A DNA stretch of 56,971 nt, filler included, from Sphacelaria rigidula (Eukaryota), in NCBI GenBank assembly GCA_964200075.2. It is 5 parts of 5 records of this genome, joined end to end, with 100 filler letters (N's around TTAATTAATTAA, not from the genome) between each part and the next. Parts side by side here need not be neighbours in the genome. Positions count along the whole stretch, not along the records: positions 11,417 to 22,730 come from CAXNAA020005076.1; positions 22,831 to 34,144 come from CAXNAA020005077.1; 3 more parts are not named here. One strand, 5' to 3'. Each line of letters starts with the position of its first letter. Position 1 is the stretch's first letter. Below are positions 11,807 through 25,236 of this stretch, one piece after another. A program made the position numbers and the translations under genes. A model generated the notes under the pieces. That model was not told the DNA's origin and searched no databases. It saw nothing but the letters and a program-made list of their open reading frames with translations.

Positions 11807-12587
11807 TACAGTATTTTTTTTGAATTGTTTGTTTGCCATGAGAACTGACCTTAGACACGGAGGGGTCACGGCCTCGCTGACGACAGTATACGTCTGTTTG
11901 CTCTCTATGCTGTGGGCAGCAACCTCGCGTGCCACCGCAGCCATAACGGCATGCACATGTTTGAACTATCTTCTCTACTGACGGGCAACACTATTGTTTC
12001 CATGAAAGAGCGTGGGAAAACATATGTACGACAACGAACATACCTCAACGCGGCGCAACTGCCGCCGGCTTATTTTGCATATCGCCTCTCTTTGTATACT
12101 CCGGAGTATCTGACACGCTTTCCCACCGCATCTCATGTGTCCCAATACCCCCCGCCGAAATGGGAATATCTCAACACACACAGCAGCTGCAGGAACAAAT
12201 CAACTGCTATGGGTAGCTAAGACGCATAGCTATCAGCCCTCCACGTTGCGGCTGCACAAACTCTCGCCGTGACGACTAATAATGTTGATGTATACCAAGG
12301 TTCATATTTTGCAATTTACGCACGATCGGGGAAACTAATTGGTGGAAAATTGATGTTAAATGATGGCTATGAGCAATTACTACCTGCCTCTTCAGTGTTA
12401 GCTACCCGTCGTTTGTGCAGCGCAAGTTATCTGCGATCGCGTGTAGGTAGGCCATATTGGAAAATGCCTTTTTGGCTTGTACAGATTCTCGTGGCTTCTG
12501 TTTCGGTCATCCGTCGATCGTGCGTGTGCTGTACTCGATGGAATTGAACCGGAGTTCGACGGAGGGGTAGTGTAGAATTCTTACTAC

Positions 12588-12978
12588 AGCTGTGTATCGC
12601 TTTAGTTTCGGTATAATCTTCTGTACACTTCTTAGACTCCGTCGCGTCTTTATTTTGGGGGTGGTGGTGAAAACCGTGATACTAAACTGGGCGTAACACT
12701 GCATTCGTCGCTTGAAGGACGGGCATGTTGGAAAATGACGTATTTGCTTGTACAAATAGTAACAACTTTTTCGAGGGGTATCCATCGCCGGGTTGTGAGC
12801 TGTACTGGGTTGAATTGAGCCAAGCTGCGATGAGAAGATATTTTCAGGTACATACTAGAGCTATGTATCGCTTTCGTCGCAATATAACCCTCTCTACACT
12901 TCTTTGGTTCCGTCGCATCCTCATTTTTTGGGTGGTGGTGGGAAACGTGACACTAACCCCGGGCGGAACACTATGCAC
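12588..12978 (+). repeat. Diverged direct repeat, two copies of about 115 bp spaced about 270 bp apart
   Basis: AGCT.TGTATCGCTTT...TCCGTCGC.TC...GGGTGGTGGTG..AAC...ACTAA starts at about 12588 and about 12859. Confidence 0.7.
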
Positions 12979-15900
12979 AATCTCCGCATCAAATTGTGTC
13001 AAAAACGACACTCCACCCGCCGCGCAGCCGAAGCGGAGGATAACGGCTGTGGGCTGTAGGGGAGAGATACCTGATGCTAGCCTGGAAGGTTTTTGAGGTC
13101 AGGGGAAGTTCACGTCACTATCCCATCTGGATGCGCTACATACGTGGGTGAGGCCATTTGTAGCTCCTCGTTGTGAGGTATTATTGTGTAGTGGGTGGCG
13201 GACCATGACACCCGCATGCGATAAACTGCTCGGTCTCTCGCGACTGAAATCCTGCTGTGGCGATGTTATGGAAGGATGGGATCTCGACGATGTTTGTCGA
13301 CCTCGTTTTATAGTGGAAATTGGCAGAGAAATGTAGAACCCGCGTTCTCGAGATAAGGGACGATTAAGAACTCATGCCAACAGAGGGGGTGATATACCCC
13401 GTCATTTGTTGTTTCATCAGATGCAGTGTGTTCTACAGACAGACAGCTACAGTGCAGGACAGAACAGTATGGTCTGCTAGGAGAAGTGACCGATTCCGAC
13501 TAATTGAATCCAAGACAATGACTGCGCTCTAATATAAGTCGTCTGCATTCGCCGACATTCGCCGAATCGTTGTTATCTTGATGGCCCTGGTCCGTACCTT
13601 CATATAACCTTGACTGCGCTTCACTTGGGCATGTCGCGTGCTCCAATTCACGCTATAGTGTGAAGCTCTTCACTCATCAGCTTGTCCTTGCCGATGGATG
13701 AATGTCTTGCCTCCAGTATTTCGATCTGACCGTCCCGCTACTACCGACCGGTTAAGTCATTGCCGCGGCGTGAGGGGAACAGGGGAGTCGTGTGTAAGGG
13801 TTGCAGGTCCGGGCTATGACCTGTTCTTTTGGTGTAGACAGTGTGCGGGTACGGCACAGCAATGCGCGGTCTCGCAGAACAACACAAGACGCACCACGAT
13901 CACCTTGTTTCTGGCTATCGTGGTCCAGAATCGTAAACGGAGCGGCCGGTTAGTCGGAGGCAGTGCAACGTGGCCTACCAGTCGCAAGCCAGCCCGCCCC
14001 GGCCGTCCCCATCCCCTCGCCGGCTGTTCACGCCGGCTGTTCACAATGCTGAAAAGCCACGGTAGAAACGTTTTTTTTTTGTGTTCGTCGACCAGCCTAC
14101 GCAAGTGAACAATGCCTTCACCACTCAAGGATCGCCGGTGCGCGAGCTGCTAAAAACATGAGGAGATTTCGTGTGTCAGTTCTCTCGGTGATCATGGGAG
14201 GGGGTGGTTCGACCACTGGATGATTAAGTCCGACTGTCGCGGTAGATCGGAATAACTTCTTGACCAAGGATCCCTCAGCTGGACCCTAGATCGATACCTG
14301 GAAAAAATGTGAGAAACAGCCGATTCCCCGTGATATCATGCACGTGAAGGGTTTGGGACGCCGGATTTCTGCGGAATGGGGTGTTATCGGGAGTAAGTGG
14401 GTGATATGGAAATAAACCATCAACTAAAAGAATCACAAAATAACATCCTACTTGTTATCTGAATATCGCGTCTTGACGACCCCCGCGGTTACGCAGGAAT
14501 CGCGCACAGATCCGTCACGTGCATCCAGCTTCACATTTGCCCGGTTGACCCTGACTGACAGCAGTGCAGCCGCAGGCTCGTGGGCGAGTGCTTGGCGACA
14601 GTCCCTAGCGCAAGTTGGAGTAGATAAGAGCGATAACGAAGAACACCACGTCGTGTCGTGTCCTGTATTCTGCACAGGCACCCCTCAGTGGGTCGCCGTC
14701 GACGTTTCGTTACACAACACGTCGCCCAAGTAAACACAGGCAAGCAATGGCTGGGGTCGACATCACTCATCTCTTTTGCGCCGCCGCATGCACGACGGTA
14801 GCGGTATCTAAAGTCGGCAGACCGCTGGAGTGCTGTGATGGGAAACTAACCACAATTTCGACATACAACGCAGGTAGAACAGCACCGTACTACCTGTACT
14901 GTACGTTGTTTAAATCTCAAGTATATGGTTCCACATATCCCGGGGGACTATCAGCCAAAATATTATTCTGAAACGAGGCCCGCCGCTGAAAGCTTTGATT
15001 ACTCACCCTGCTGTGCGTCACATGCCCCACAGCACCTGGGACAGACCAATATCCAATCGTAGTTGTCATTAGTACTACTGTACCTACCATGTTGGTCGTG
15101 GGCGTTGTCGTTATTATGCTGGATGTTTGGTACACTTTGTAAATAGTACCAACCAGCATAGATATTTACCGTTTCCCCTATGGCTGGTTAATACCTTCGG
15201 TTGCCTCCGGGCGGCCGGACTGTACGCATACCCCATCTTCGAATGTAATACTGTGCGGCGCTCAGGAAGGGAGAGGGGGCTTGTGTTCCCTCGGCGTTTC
15301 TGAGACAGAAGTAGTGTTGTGACTGAATTTGAGTGAAGTACTGGAATGGGTAGACCCGAACACGATACAAACATGTAATAAGGAGGTCATGTCTGATTGC
15401 TACAGCATTCTCTGACTCTGCGGCGTGTTGTCATTCCGACTCGGTGTTTTCGTCATACTTCAAGTGGCCTTCAAAGACCCTGGTAAAGATGTTGAAAATG
15501 GATCGTATTCGAGGGGCTCTGGGTGCTCTTCTTCCATCATCCCGTCCGTGAGTCCTGTGCAGCTATATCATGAACCTGTGGGGGTTGGTTAGTACATGCG
15601 TGATGTATCTCGTGTCATCATTTTTTGCACATGGGTGGTGCGCCAATATTGAACAGAAACTTCGTAGACGATAAAATATTTGTATACCCATACTCAGATA
15701 TCCTCGCAACGCAAGGGCGGGCACGCTAAGCCCCGGCCCCGGTAGCCCAACAATCCTACCTACGCAGTTGACAAAATTGGCAAGACACACAGGCAACGTC
15801 GACCAAAAATACATGCAGCCACAGCACGCACACCGGGGGGCCTCACTCCCGACAACTGCGAGAGTGGGTGGACTTCGAGGCCCATGTCATCCTGCGCGAC

Positions 15901-17419
15901 CCTCCATTGCTTCATGCGTGTCGATAATGGCAGCATTTGCGACGGAAAGACATGCTTCACATCTCTGCCAGCTCAACACAACGCGTTGCTCCATGTCGAC
16001 ACATGCCAAAAGAACAGTATCATCGAGTACTTCGGTAGCCATACCACTACATTCCACGCCGGTCCGTGATTGCCCGTGCAGGAGATGAATATCGCAGCAT
16101 CGCTGTGGTACAAGACACGCGGTAAAATCGTGGTCGAATCAAGTTATTGTGCTTTCCGCGGTATTTGAAACCTTTGGTGCCCTACGGCGGGAGACCATGG
16201 CTTCTTGGCATGCCCATGTCCGACCTGCACTGTAGCGAAGTAATCACCTTCGCGTTGTGAGTGAGTCAATTGTGACCCCGATGGTTATGGAATGAACTCG
16301 GAATAGACACGCATAGAAGCAGATAGGGTACGAGAACTGCGTAGGACTATGCTGCTATTCTCAAGTGGAGTGGCAGCACTGCCGTAGTGTACAGTTGGGC
16401 ATTCCTTGAAGCTGACGGGTGCTATATTCTGAGTTCTCTTGTTCATGTTTCCTTGTACTGTCTGTGGCGAAGATGTAGGATTAAGCAAATGAAGGCATCC
16501 AATCGAACATTCACGTTGTACCGTCTCCATAGGATCTGTGTCTCTTGTACAACCCACCGCGTCAGCAGGGTGTACAGCTATATGTTCTTGTTGTTTTCTT
16601 TGGTTGGTATCGAACTAATCAGTTCTGCGGTGGACGAGTGACCAAGCCGGCAAGGACCGAGTTTCTTCGGTTTGGTCCGTTCCACTCTCTAGAAAATCCT
16701 GCCCAGTAACTTATGCTTCTCTGCACTTTTCATCGTGAGAGCCGCAGCTCAGATCTTTAGTGGCGGAAATAAGTGGATCTTAGTATCCAATTTACGATCT
16801 ACGTACTCGGGGGAAGACGCCTCGTTCCTTTAACACCACATGAATGGGAAGGGTTAGATGGCGGGACAAATAGATGCACAATTTTCCTTTCTCGACCCAA
16901 GTCTTGAAGTGCATTGCCTAGTCTACGACCTTCCCCGAGCTGTTGCTGTCACACGCCACAAGCGGGGAGTACATCAGGAAGGCACTGACGCCGCGACGGA
17001 GTGATGAGGCAATGGCAGAGTTCACTGTACTACACCTGCGTGCCCCCTCAAGCCATGGCTGCCAGCGAGGGGTTGGGGACAGAAGTCGCCACGTACCGTG
17101 CACACACTGATGAGCACATGAATACCGCTGGTACGTGATCACCTTAGGTATTTACTACGCAGCGGCTTTGACGAACTCTTTCTGTGAAACCTGTCATGAT
17201 GAAAATGACCCACTTGACAAGACAAGTATCGTAGATTCCCTTCACCATCTGAACATTATCGGTCCAACATGATAAGACTCGTTGCCTGAAAAGCGCCAAC
17301 GAAACCGATCTACGTTGGACGAAACATTACGCCACGTACGTTCGGAGATTTTAGCAATATGTGAGCAAATGCTGTCGACACAGCAGTCACCATGGCTTGA
17401 ATCCCACCCGGTGTGTGTA

Positions 17420-19924
17420 CGAGCTGGGCCAGCCGAGAAGCGGATTCGTATTTTGCAGACCCATTCACCGGCCAACATTCAGCGTTCAAGCCTGAAATTT
17501 GGTATGGACAATGAATGCTGGCTGGTTCACTTTGATCACCCAAAAAACACTCATCGGCAAAACCTCACGCCGTTTTAAGAAGTTAGACCCTGAAATTGTT
17601 GCACGAATGTTGTATGGGTAATTACGCAACTTTCGAAGGTTGTTTTTTTCTTCTTCACTTCTTGACTTTTGTACCGTTCTTCGAGGGTCCCACTTTTTGG
17701 GAGGAAACCTCGACCCAATCGGACCCCGTAAACCGTACAAAAAAAAGGAAAATCCTGTTCATCCGAAGTTGCGTAATGAACCAGAGCACAGTTGTACAAA
17801 CTGTCAGGGTCTAACTCCCTACAGCGGCTTGAGATTTTTCGCTTGTGTGCGATGAACTTAGCCGTGCCGCGGTGAAACCGCACACTACTCTATTTTAGTA
17901 CCAAAACGGCGTTTTTGGGCCTTCTTTGACGTGAACATGAAAATCCAAGCATCACTTAATCGAGTTTCGCGACGAACATTTATGGGGCCCATCCTTGGGT
18001 TATGCGGAGGCAGATATTCGCGAAAAAATGAAGAACAACATCGAAGAGCCGTTTTTCTGGCGTCCCAGAATGGAGACTACTTCGAAAAATGACTTCAATC
18101 CCGTCGGACCCCCGAGAAACGGTGAAAAACTCGACAAGTAAAAAAAACATCGTCCGTAGGAAGTTTCGCAATGATACATAGCATATATATGCGTAGTTTC
18201 AGGATCTAACTCCTAATGATAGCGTGAACGTTTGCGCGTTTGTGGAGGACGTGGGCTTGAGACATGCAACTCTTGACTACTTGATTCTAGTATGGAAACG
18301 TCTTTTGGGGTGAATTTGACGTCAAGGCAAAACAAACTGTATGAGATTTTCGAGTTTCTCCTCCAAACTTTGTACATGTGTTCCTTAGACTCTCCCGAAA
18401 CGCATCCTTTCATTATTTTTCTTATACGGCATTCCGTACCGGCTTCCGGGGGTCTTCATGCTGGGACCCCCGGAAGCCGGTACAGAACGGAGAAACCATG
18501 ATATATTGTCAAGAATACAATTTTTTATTTTGAGCATCAATAACTACGGAACTGCCGAGTTTGAGGGCGATCTAAGTTTTTCTACAACATAGATAAGAAC
18601 ACCGTCACGAGGCTCCCTGGGTCTTTCGTGCGTATCATTAGTGAAATTAGACGACGCCAACACCCGACATCACCGAAACATCACGGTTTTGGGTATGATT
18701 CGACCCCGTTGTAACCGTTTTAAAAGTATGATTTTCTCGTTAGATTCCTGTGTCGATGACAGTTACCACGATTCGAAGCATGTAGAGATTGGGTGTAAAT
18801 TGGGCTTGGTATTCGTAGTTTCGATCTCGGAAGAGTTTGATGGGCGCTGATTGGCTGAGACACATTTTCGTTCATAGCGCCACCGCTACGGCCTTGAACA
18901 AAAATCCGGCTATTTCACCCTCTTCGTCTCTTCATTGCGGTCAGTATGATCCCATATATGCGACTATTGGGTGCGTATTGCGGGAGGCATTTGCTGAAGA
19001 CACAATTTTGGGTGATCACCGTCAACCAGCCTGTAGGGCATAATGAAAACAAATACCAAGAAATTCGGGACAGCATTTTGCAGCCTATTTACCGGCCCAC
19101 CTTTGGTGTTTGTGTATTGAAACTTTGTGTGGGCCGTTGCTAGGGTACAATTGACGATAAGAAGTGGGTCGGGGTTTTTTTTTTCTACTGTTTTCACTGG
19201 TTCAGGGCGTTTTATGATGAAAACGACCATTTTTCTCCGAGAACGCCCAAACCTCTTCCGAATAAAAAAATGGGGTGGCCCATTTTCGTTTTTCATCCAG
19301 AATACCTCTGTGGTTCTTTACCCCGAGTTTCAAATCACAATTCTATACATTGAGCTGAAAAATTGAGATAAGGCCCAAGAGCAGTGTTCATTTCTCCTCA
19401 AAACTGCCCCATTAACCCGAAAAAAAAGAAGAAATGATCAAGCTGTTTTTTGAGCTTCATAATGCACGAGCGGTTCTCCATACGAAATTTCATAGCATAA
19501 CTCTCAAAGACTGAGACGCGATATCCAGATTTAGTCCACCTAGTGCCTCTGCTCGTAATATACTGAGTTTAGTATAGAAACTTATGTGTGTCTGTCTCGA
19601 GATAGAGTGCGAATAAGGTGAAAGGGAGGATATCTATCGTCTCGCCGTACTCCAGGTAATGCCCACACCAAAGGTCGTCGTCATCCGCTGAATGCATCGA
19701 TCGGGGGGTTCATAGAGGTTTTATTATGCACGCTATCTCCGTTAGGTATAGGAATTACTAGACATGGGGTTTAATCAACGAGAAGATATGGGCCCAAACG
19801 TTTGAGTAGATGGGCTTCCCCTTGGAGGGACGATTTATACAATATGCGGATCATGGCCCAACTCACCGTGTCGACGAGATATTGCTTTGAGAGCGAAAAT
19901 CCGTGTCCAGGCTGGCCCAGCTCG
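17420..19924. mobile_element. Tc1/mariner-type non-autonomous element, 2.5 kb, TA target duplication
   Basis: TA|CGAGCTGGGCCAGCC ... GGCTGGCCCAGCTCG|TA, perfect 15-bp TIRs. The right ~850 bp is homologous to the element at 5502-9558. No transposase ORF. Confidence 0.85.
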
Positions 19925-20899
19925 TACGTGTTGTCGTACATGATATCGCATGTAGTGCAACATTTTACCACTGAGGAGCAATATGCACAGGAAGTCGTCT
20001 ACTTTGGAGGATCGTGATTCAGTTGTCCCCTCAGAAAGCTTGGAGCGTATGTTGCAAAACCCAACATGATAGTCAGTAAGACGACAGGCCCTGAAACATC
20101 GTCCACCTACATATGTGGAACACGCCCGTGCAGGATTGGGTAATTTCAGTTCATCCCTGACGGAGACACGCTTATTGTCGCCCGTGAGTATTTTCGACTC
20201 GCCATCACCATCAACGTTCGCTGCTGCCCCGACTCCATGCTGGGAAATCCATCAATCGGTGTGACATGTCGACACACACACTGGCATATGATATCTAGGA
20301 CTGCGCTGTACTGTGCTGCACTGCTGTACTGTGACCGATGTGGGAAATGGGCCGCAGTGCCTGCGCACTATTGCAGCAGCGTATGATTGACTTTGAGGGT
20401 ATGTGTCATTATCCATCCTCACGACCAGCGCTCAAAATGCACTTTCACTCATTCGCAGAATCCAAACTCCAAATGTTTTCCTTGCCAAACAAATCGCCAA
20501 CTACCACGGTCAATCCGACGAGAGTATCTATGACAATGAAATTACGGGTGTTTGAGAAATGCGGAAAGTATGGGAACGACAATAATCGAGAAATAAATAT
20601 TCAGCCGGTACCACGAGTATGTTTCGAATCAAGATTACGTTTTGTAGGGGCGTTTGAGTTGTGCCAAGAGCCCCGCCGGCACAGGAATAGTAGTCATTTT
20701 TCGTCCTTCCTTTTGAGCCTATACCCTCACAATCCACAACCCACCACACGTGGCGACGAAGAGAATCAGCTCTCTTATTTTGCGTACCGACACACTTGCT
20801 GGAGCAGCATGTTCTCGGGAAAGCAATCGTGATGGTATACCTATACGTAACGCAGTGCACTCTTTTTCAATTTCGGTTATTGACCACATATTTTCCGGC

Positions 20900-22605
20900 A
20901 TGTGCAATGTAGCAGTTCTTGTTTAAGGGTTCCTTGTGGGTTCCAGGAAACATGCGCGTCGCCAAACTGACAGGCTTCACCTTGGTGCTGCCCAGAAAAA
21001 TCAGTGACGCTGATGCTGTGCAGAACTCTTGGTTGACCACAGTAGTCAGATCAAGCTGCAGGCTGCAGCAGCCCCCGGAATGGCCGGTCATGCGGTACTC
21101 TTCATGCGCTGTCTTGGGGGGCCCGACAACGTCGTTATTTTATTTCTGAGGTTAGGTCGTCGGGGAACTTGTTGAGCGTCGATTTCGCCGGGGTTACCCC
21201 GGCGTAATCCGGCGCAAACTCCGCGATGAGCATCCTGACACCGACATTGTGGAGGGATGCCCACGGTCGACCGTTCACGACGCACCGTATGACAAGCTTG
21301 CGGCGCAGGTGCTTCCGGTCTTCCGATGTGAACATAGGGCCCATCCTGCTCAAAATAAAACAAAAGTTATTCTTCCCAGAGGTCTGCTCTCCTATAGTTG
21401 AGCAGAAAATGTCACAAGGAAACGAAAGCATACAAATTACATGGAGAGGAGTTTGAGCTTCGTGGGGTAAAGCGTGCGAGTATGACGTATGTTTTCCTTA
21501 TAAAATAGAGTATACAACACTCAAGAATAAATGACTTTTTCGCGCGGAAAATGTGGCATCAGAGGGTGCACGCAGGATCCGAACCAGCAGGGTAAGAGCA
21601 CGTATATGTATATCATACAATGATAGTACATTACATTATATTTTGAACGGTTCACAGATGACGACTGAAAAATAAAGACTACCAAGTCCAGTACGGCATT
21701 ATTTAGTGCAGCAATACACAAGTAGAAAGAAGAACGTAGAACGTACACCACACGACACATGTACGGTGTTATCGTCGGTGCATGTAGAGTACAGCCGCAC
21801 TGTATGTCTGCACTACAGAGCCGAAAAACAGTACAGTACAGTATAGTACAGTACAGTCGTACACCACTACAGCGGAAGTAATAGTATCGTATGGTGCACA
21901 CGCTTGTATCATTCAGTTGTACAGTACTGTATTTTGTTATTCTGACGACCACGAGTCTGAAAACAACAAAAGACCTGGAATGCAGATGAAAAACAGGCAA
22001 ACTCTGTACACCCAGTACAGCACACAGGGTGCTTCTAAGTCTATAGTACGTACCCTTCGGCCAACTTGTATTATGTTGCGTGCATATAGGGCACAGCCGC
22101 CGCAATGTAATTTGTGGTACAGGACGTAGCACAGTACACTGGAACTACTATGTCAGCACTGTTGTACAAGCATTGTAACTTGTAACAGCGCCGTACCGTC
22201 ATCAACAAGTGCCTACCGCACAGCAAAAATAGAAAGGAGGACCACTCGCTACTGACATCATCACTGTGGCATCTTTCCGGCGTTTAGCTGTACTGCCATC
22301 CTCTTACATCACACACTCACAGACACCCTGCTCCCGCTTTTCCCGTCGCTGATGGGACCTCGGGAGGATACTTCCCCTTTCGCGCTGTGCTGCACGAGAG
22401 TGTACGCTCAAAGCCGTACACAACTTGAACACGTTTCCGTGATATCTCTTCATGTGGTTAGACACAAAGCCTCTTCTGTCATTTGACACGTATCTCATGA
22501 GGTGGCCGCACCGGTCTCCCTTCGGCGTCAAGACTCAGCAGATGACGTTCTTGTCGTTAGGCAGGGCAGGCGAGAATTGGGTATTGTACTTGGAGAGCGG
22601 TGACA
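20900..22605 (-). pseudogene. Decayed hAT-superfamily transposase with an N-terminal BED zinc finger
   Basis: About 22605-22440 reads SPLSKYNTQF...NVIC*VLTPKGDRCGHLMRY...VSNHMKRYH (BED-like CCHH, in-frame stop). About 21345-21170 reads RKLVIRCVVNGRPWASLHNVGVRMLIAEFAPDYAGVTPAKSTLNK (Hermes-type dimerisation segment). About 21070-20930 reads CSLQLDLTTVVNQEFCTASAS...LATRMFPGTHKE (first catalytic Asp region) in a shifted frame. A probable ~1-kb intron lies between the first two parts. Confidence 0.75.
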
Positions 22606-22730
22606 GAGTACCCTGACGACTTCGTGTGGCGACAACAGTGTTGCATATCGGCCCGAGAATAAAGTTCGATAGATATTTTTAGAATATCGAACCACAACCG
22701 CCGATATCGATATTTTTGTCGATATTCCGA

Positions 22731-22830
22731 NNNNNNNNNNNNNNNNNNNNNNNNNNNNNNNNNNNNNNNNNNNNTTAATTAATTAANNNNNNNNNNNNNN
22801 NNNNNNNNNNNNNNNNNNNNNNNNNNNNNN
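22731..22830. other. Artificial contig spacer
   Basis: N44-TTAATTAATTAA-N44. Confidence 0.98.
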
Positions 22831-23333
22831 TAGCGTGGGGATGGGTTTGTGGTGGAGGTTGTGTCTTAGCTTGTGGTGGATGAGGGGGGGGGGGCGGTCG
22901 GGCGTAGGGCTCTATTATAGTCAGCTAGCTGCTGGTCTCCCTAGAGTATGGCAACACTCGCGTTGAGAAACAGGCCATGAGCCGTGGCGAGAAGACCCCG
23001 GCTTCCCCCCCCCCACAAAAAGACAGGGATCCATGTACGGTTCAACAAATGAAACGACGCACGAGACAGCAAGTGCGAATGACATGAAAATACCTTGATG
23101 CTCAGATACACGGTCGTGAACTGCGGAGACGTCCACATCGATCACTGCGGCAAAGACCCCGTCCAAACACGATTGGAACGCATGCCGACTCACCAAAAGA
23201 CTTCGCACAAAACCTTGGGACACAGAGGTCACCGTCGACGGCACAAAACAGTAGACTCAACGTAATATGTCTTCCATCGTGAAGTGCAGGAAACAATACA
23301 AAAAATATCCACAACACGGTCTCCGACGAATAC

Positions 23334-23528
23334 CTGCAAGAGATCGACGGCGTCTTGCGAGAGGAGATGGCGAAGCTTCCAGCCCTCCAATACAACCTCC
23401 AGGTTTTTGCCCTCAGCGATGGCCTGAAACTTGTAGTCTCCCACCTCCTCCCAAGGCTGCACACCCAAAAGCGCCATGAAAAGCGTCGTGCCGAGTGACC
23501 ACGTGTCTACAGCCTCGGCATCAAACGC
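23334..23528 (-). CDS. Ser/Thr protein kinase exon 5 (subdomains IX-X)
   Basis: TCAG acceptor, then AFDAEAVDTWSLGTTLFMALLGVQPWEEVGDYKFQAIAEGKNL...DAVDLLQ, then GTATTC donor. Contains the DxWSLG motif. The final exon was not identified before the contig edge. Confidence 0.85.
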
Positions 23529-23769
23529 CTGATAGGGCCAGGCGCAAGAGGCGACACAGGGTATGTGAGGGTTGAGCGTGGGCGGTGAGGGACGAAATCG
23601 TAAATCAACAGGTTTGTGAAGGCTGCTGTTTTGTAATCAATACGCCAAGAGAAAGGAAGAACACGAGCTCGCCGGAGATGGAGATGTCCAAGCCTTACCT
23701 CGGATGGTTCTTGCACAAGTTCATTGCAAAGTTGATTGATACTTCAACATGCACCCGGGAGACTCTCAC

Positions 23770-23846
23770 CTCGTCGTAAAAAACCTCTGGGGCGACACAC
23801 GTGTTCTTCCCACATCGCCCTTGAGGCGTTACTGGGACCCGCTTCC
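23770..23846 (-). CDS. Ser/Thr protein kinase exon 4 (activation loop, APE)
   Basis: CTACAG acceptor, GKRVPVTPQGRCGKNTCVAPEVFYDE, GTGAGA donor. Phases 1 and 0 fit both neighbours. Confidence 0.85.
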
Positions 23847-24855
23847 CTGTAGAGACCAAGCCGACCGAGAGTACCCGGAGAAGATAGGACAACACAAGCA
23901 CACGAATGTGACAGAAAAACGATACGAAACGGTGTAGGACAGGAGTCAGTACGTACATGGGCGGAAAAAAACATGCTTCAATTTTTCTCATTCCCATTTT
24001 TCTCTTGTCCTCGTGCGCTTCATTTACACATGGTGGCGCCGACTTGAGCGCACACGGGACTAATCTGACGGTACGGAATCATATTCCGCTCAAATACGAT
24101 GGTTTTGCGGTGCATTACCCTTCGAAACATGTAACGCCAAGGGCAACTCAACGGGACTTACGCGAAAATAAATGACGGCCAAAAATGACTAACCAGGCAT
24201 CGGAAGGGACAGTGATGTAAAGACATGAAAAAAAACAATCTAGGACAGCACATGAACCCGTGTGAATGACACGTGTGCCAACATGTACTGTTGTGGAACA
24301 CAACGCAGCACGACTTGTCTTGCGTCATGTAACGGTCGATGTCAGCCGATAACTTCACGGAGGAAAACGCATCAGGGACTACTACAACTTTGTCTCTACC
24401 CTCCGCTTCATGTGGTGTGGGATGTGCTGGAACTCGAAAACCTCAACACCTCGCAAGTGACGATGCCGCATGTGCCCAACCTCGAAGAATGGGAACAAAA
24501 GAGTGAGACAAGACGGATGAGACGGTAACGGACGGTAGCCGTGGAGATATGTTGCGCCGCGAGCCACGGCCGGGGGTAAGTCAGCAGGGCACCTGACGGG
24601 AAGAATATGAATTTTCTAGAATCAACGGACACCATCTTGTCGAAACCCGAACACATGGAGTCCCGTCGGATGAACGATGCCACCAACGGAGGGACATCGG
24701 ACGATTGCGCCGTGACCGAGCCTGGCACATGTAAAAGATTTCGCGTTACAAATCGATGTCCTGCCAGAAGTGGAACCCTGCAGTCACGTCTGAAGAGAAA
24801 CGATCGAGGAAAATGCAAAGAGGCGATCACGGTACACAATGAGGTTGACGCTCAC

Positions 24856-25236
24856 CTGACTTCGACGTTGGTATCCGTACAGACATGCCAAAATCACACA
24901 GCCTGGGACGTCCAATCCCTGGCCCTCTTGTGCCTGCTGCAGTTGTTCCCGGTTCAAGGTCAGCATCGTTTGAGAGTACTGGTGAATCCTCGTCCCGCCT
25001 CTCCCTAGAACTGCCCATCAATCCTCGTAGACTTGTGTCGTCCGAGTACGCGTTGTCGAAGCAGCTGCGAGGGCTGGCACTTTCGTTGCAGCTAAACGCG
25101 CTGGTGCTGCTCGCAATGCTAAAACAGCTCCCGTTGCTACTAACGGACCCGCTCCGGTACGCAGCGACCGACCTTCGATCAGGCATGCGGGTGTCCATGA
25201 GTACGTTTTCGAGGCTGATGTCACGGTGGCATACAC
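24856..25236 (-). CDS. Ser/Thr protein kinase exon 3 (HRD to DFG, with a long Ser-rich insert)
   Basis: TTCAG acceptor, GVCHRDISLENVLM...RLCDFGMSVRIPTSKS, GTGAGC donor. Confidence 0.9.

Noticed and set aside
23100..23260. Final kinase exon (subdomain XI)
   Set aside because: No phase-0 exon with the expected DPxxR/HPW-type pattern was found. It is probably beyond the contig edge.
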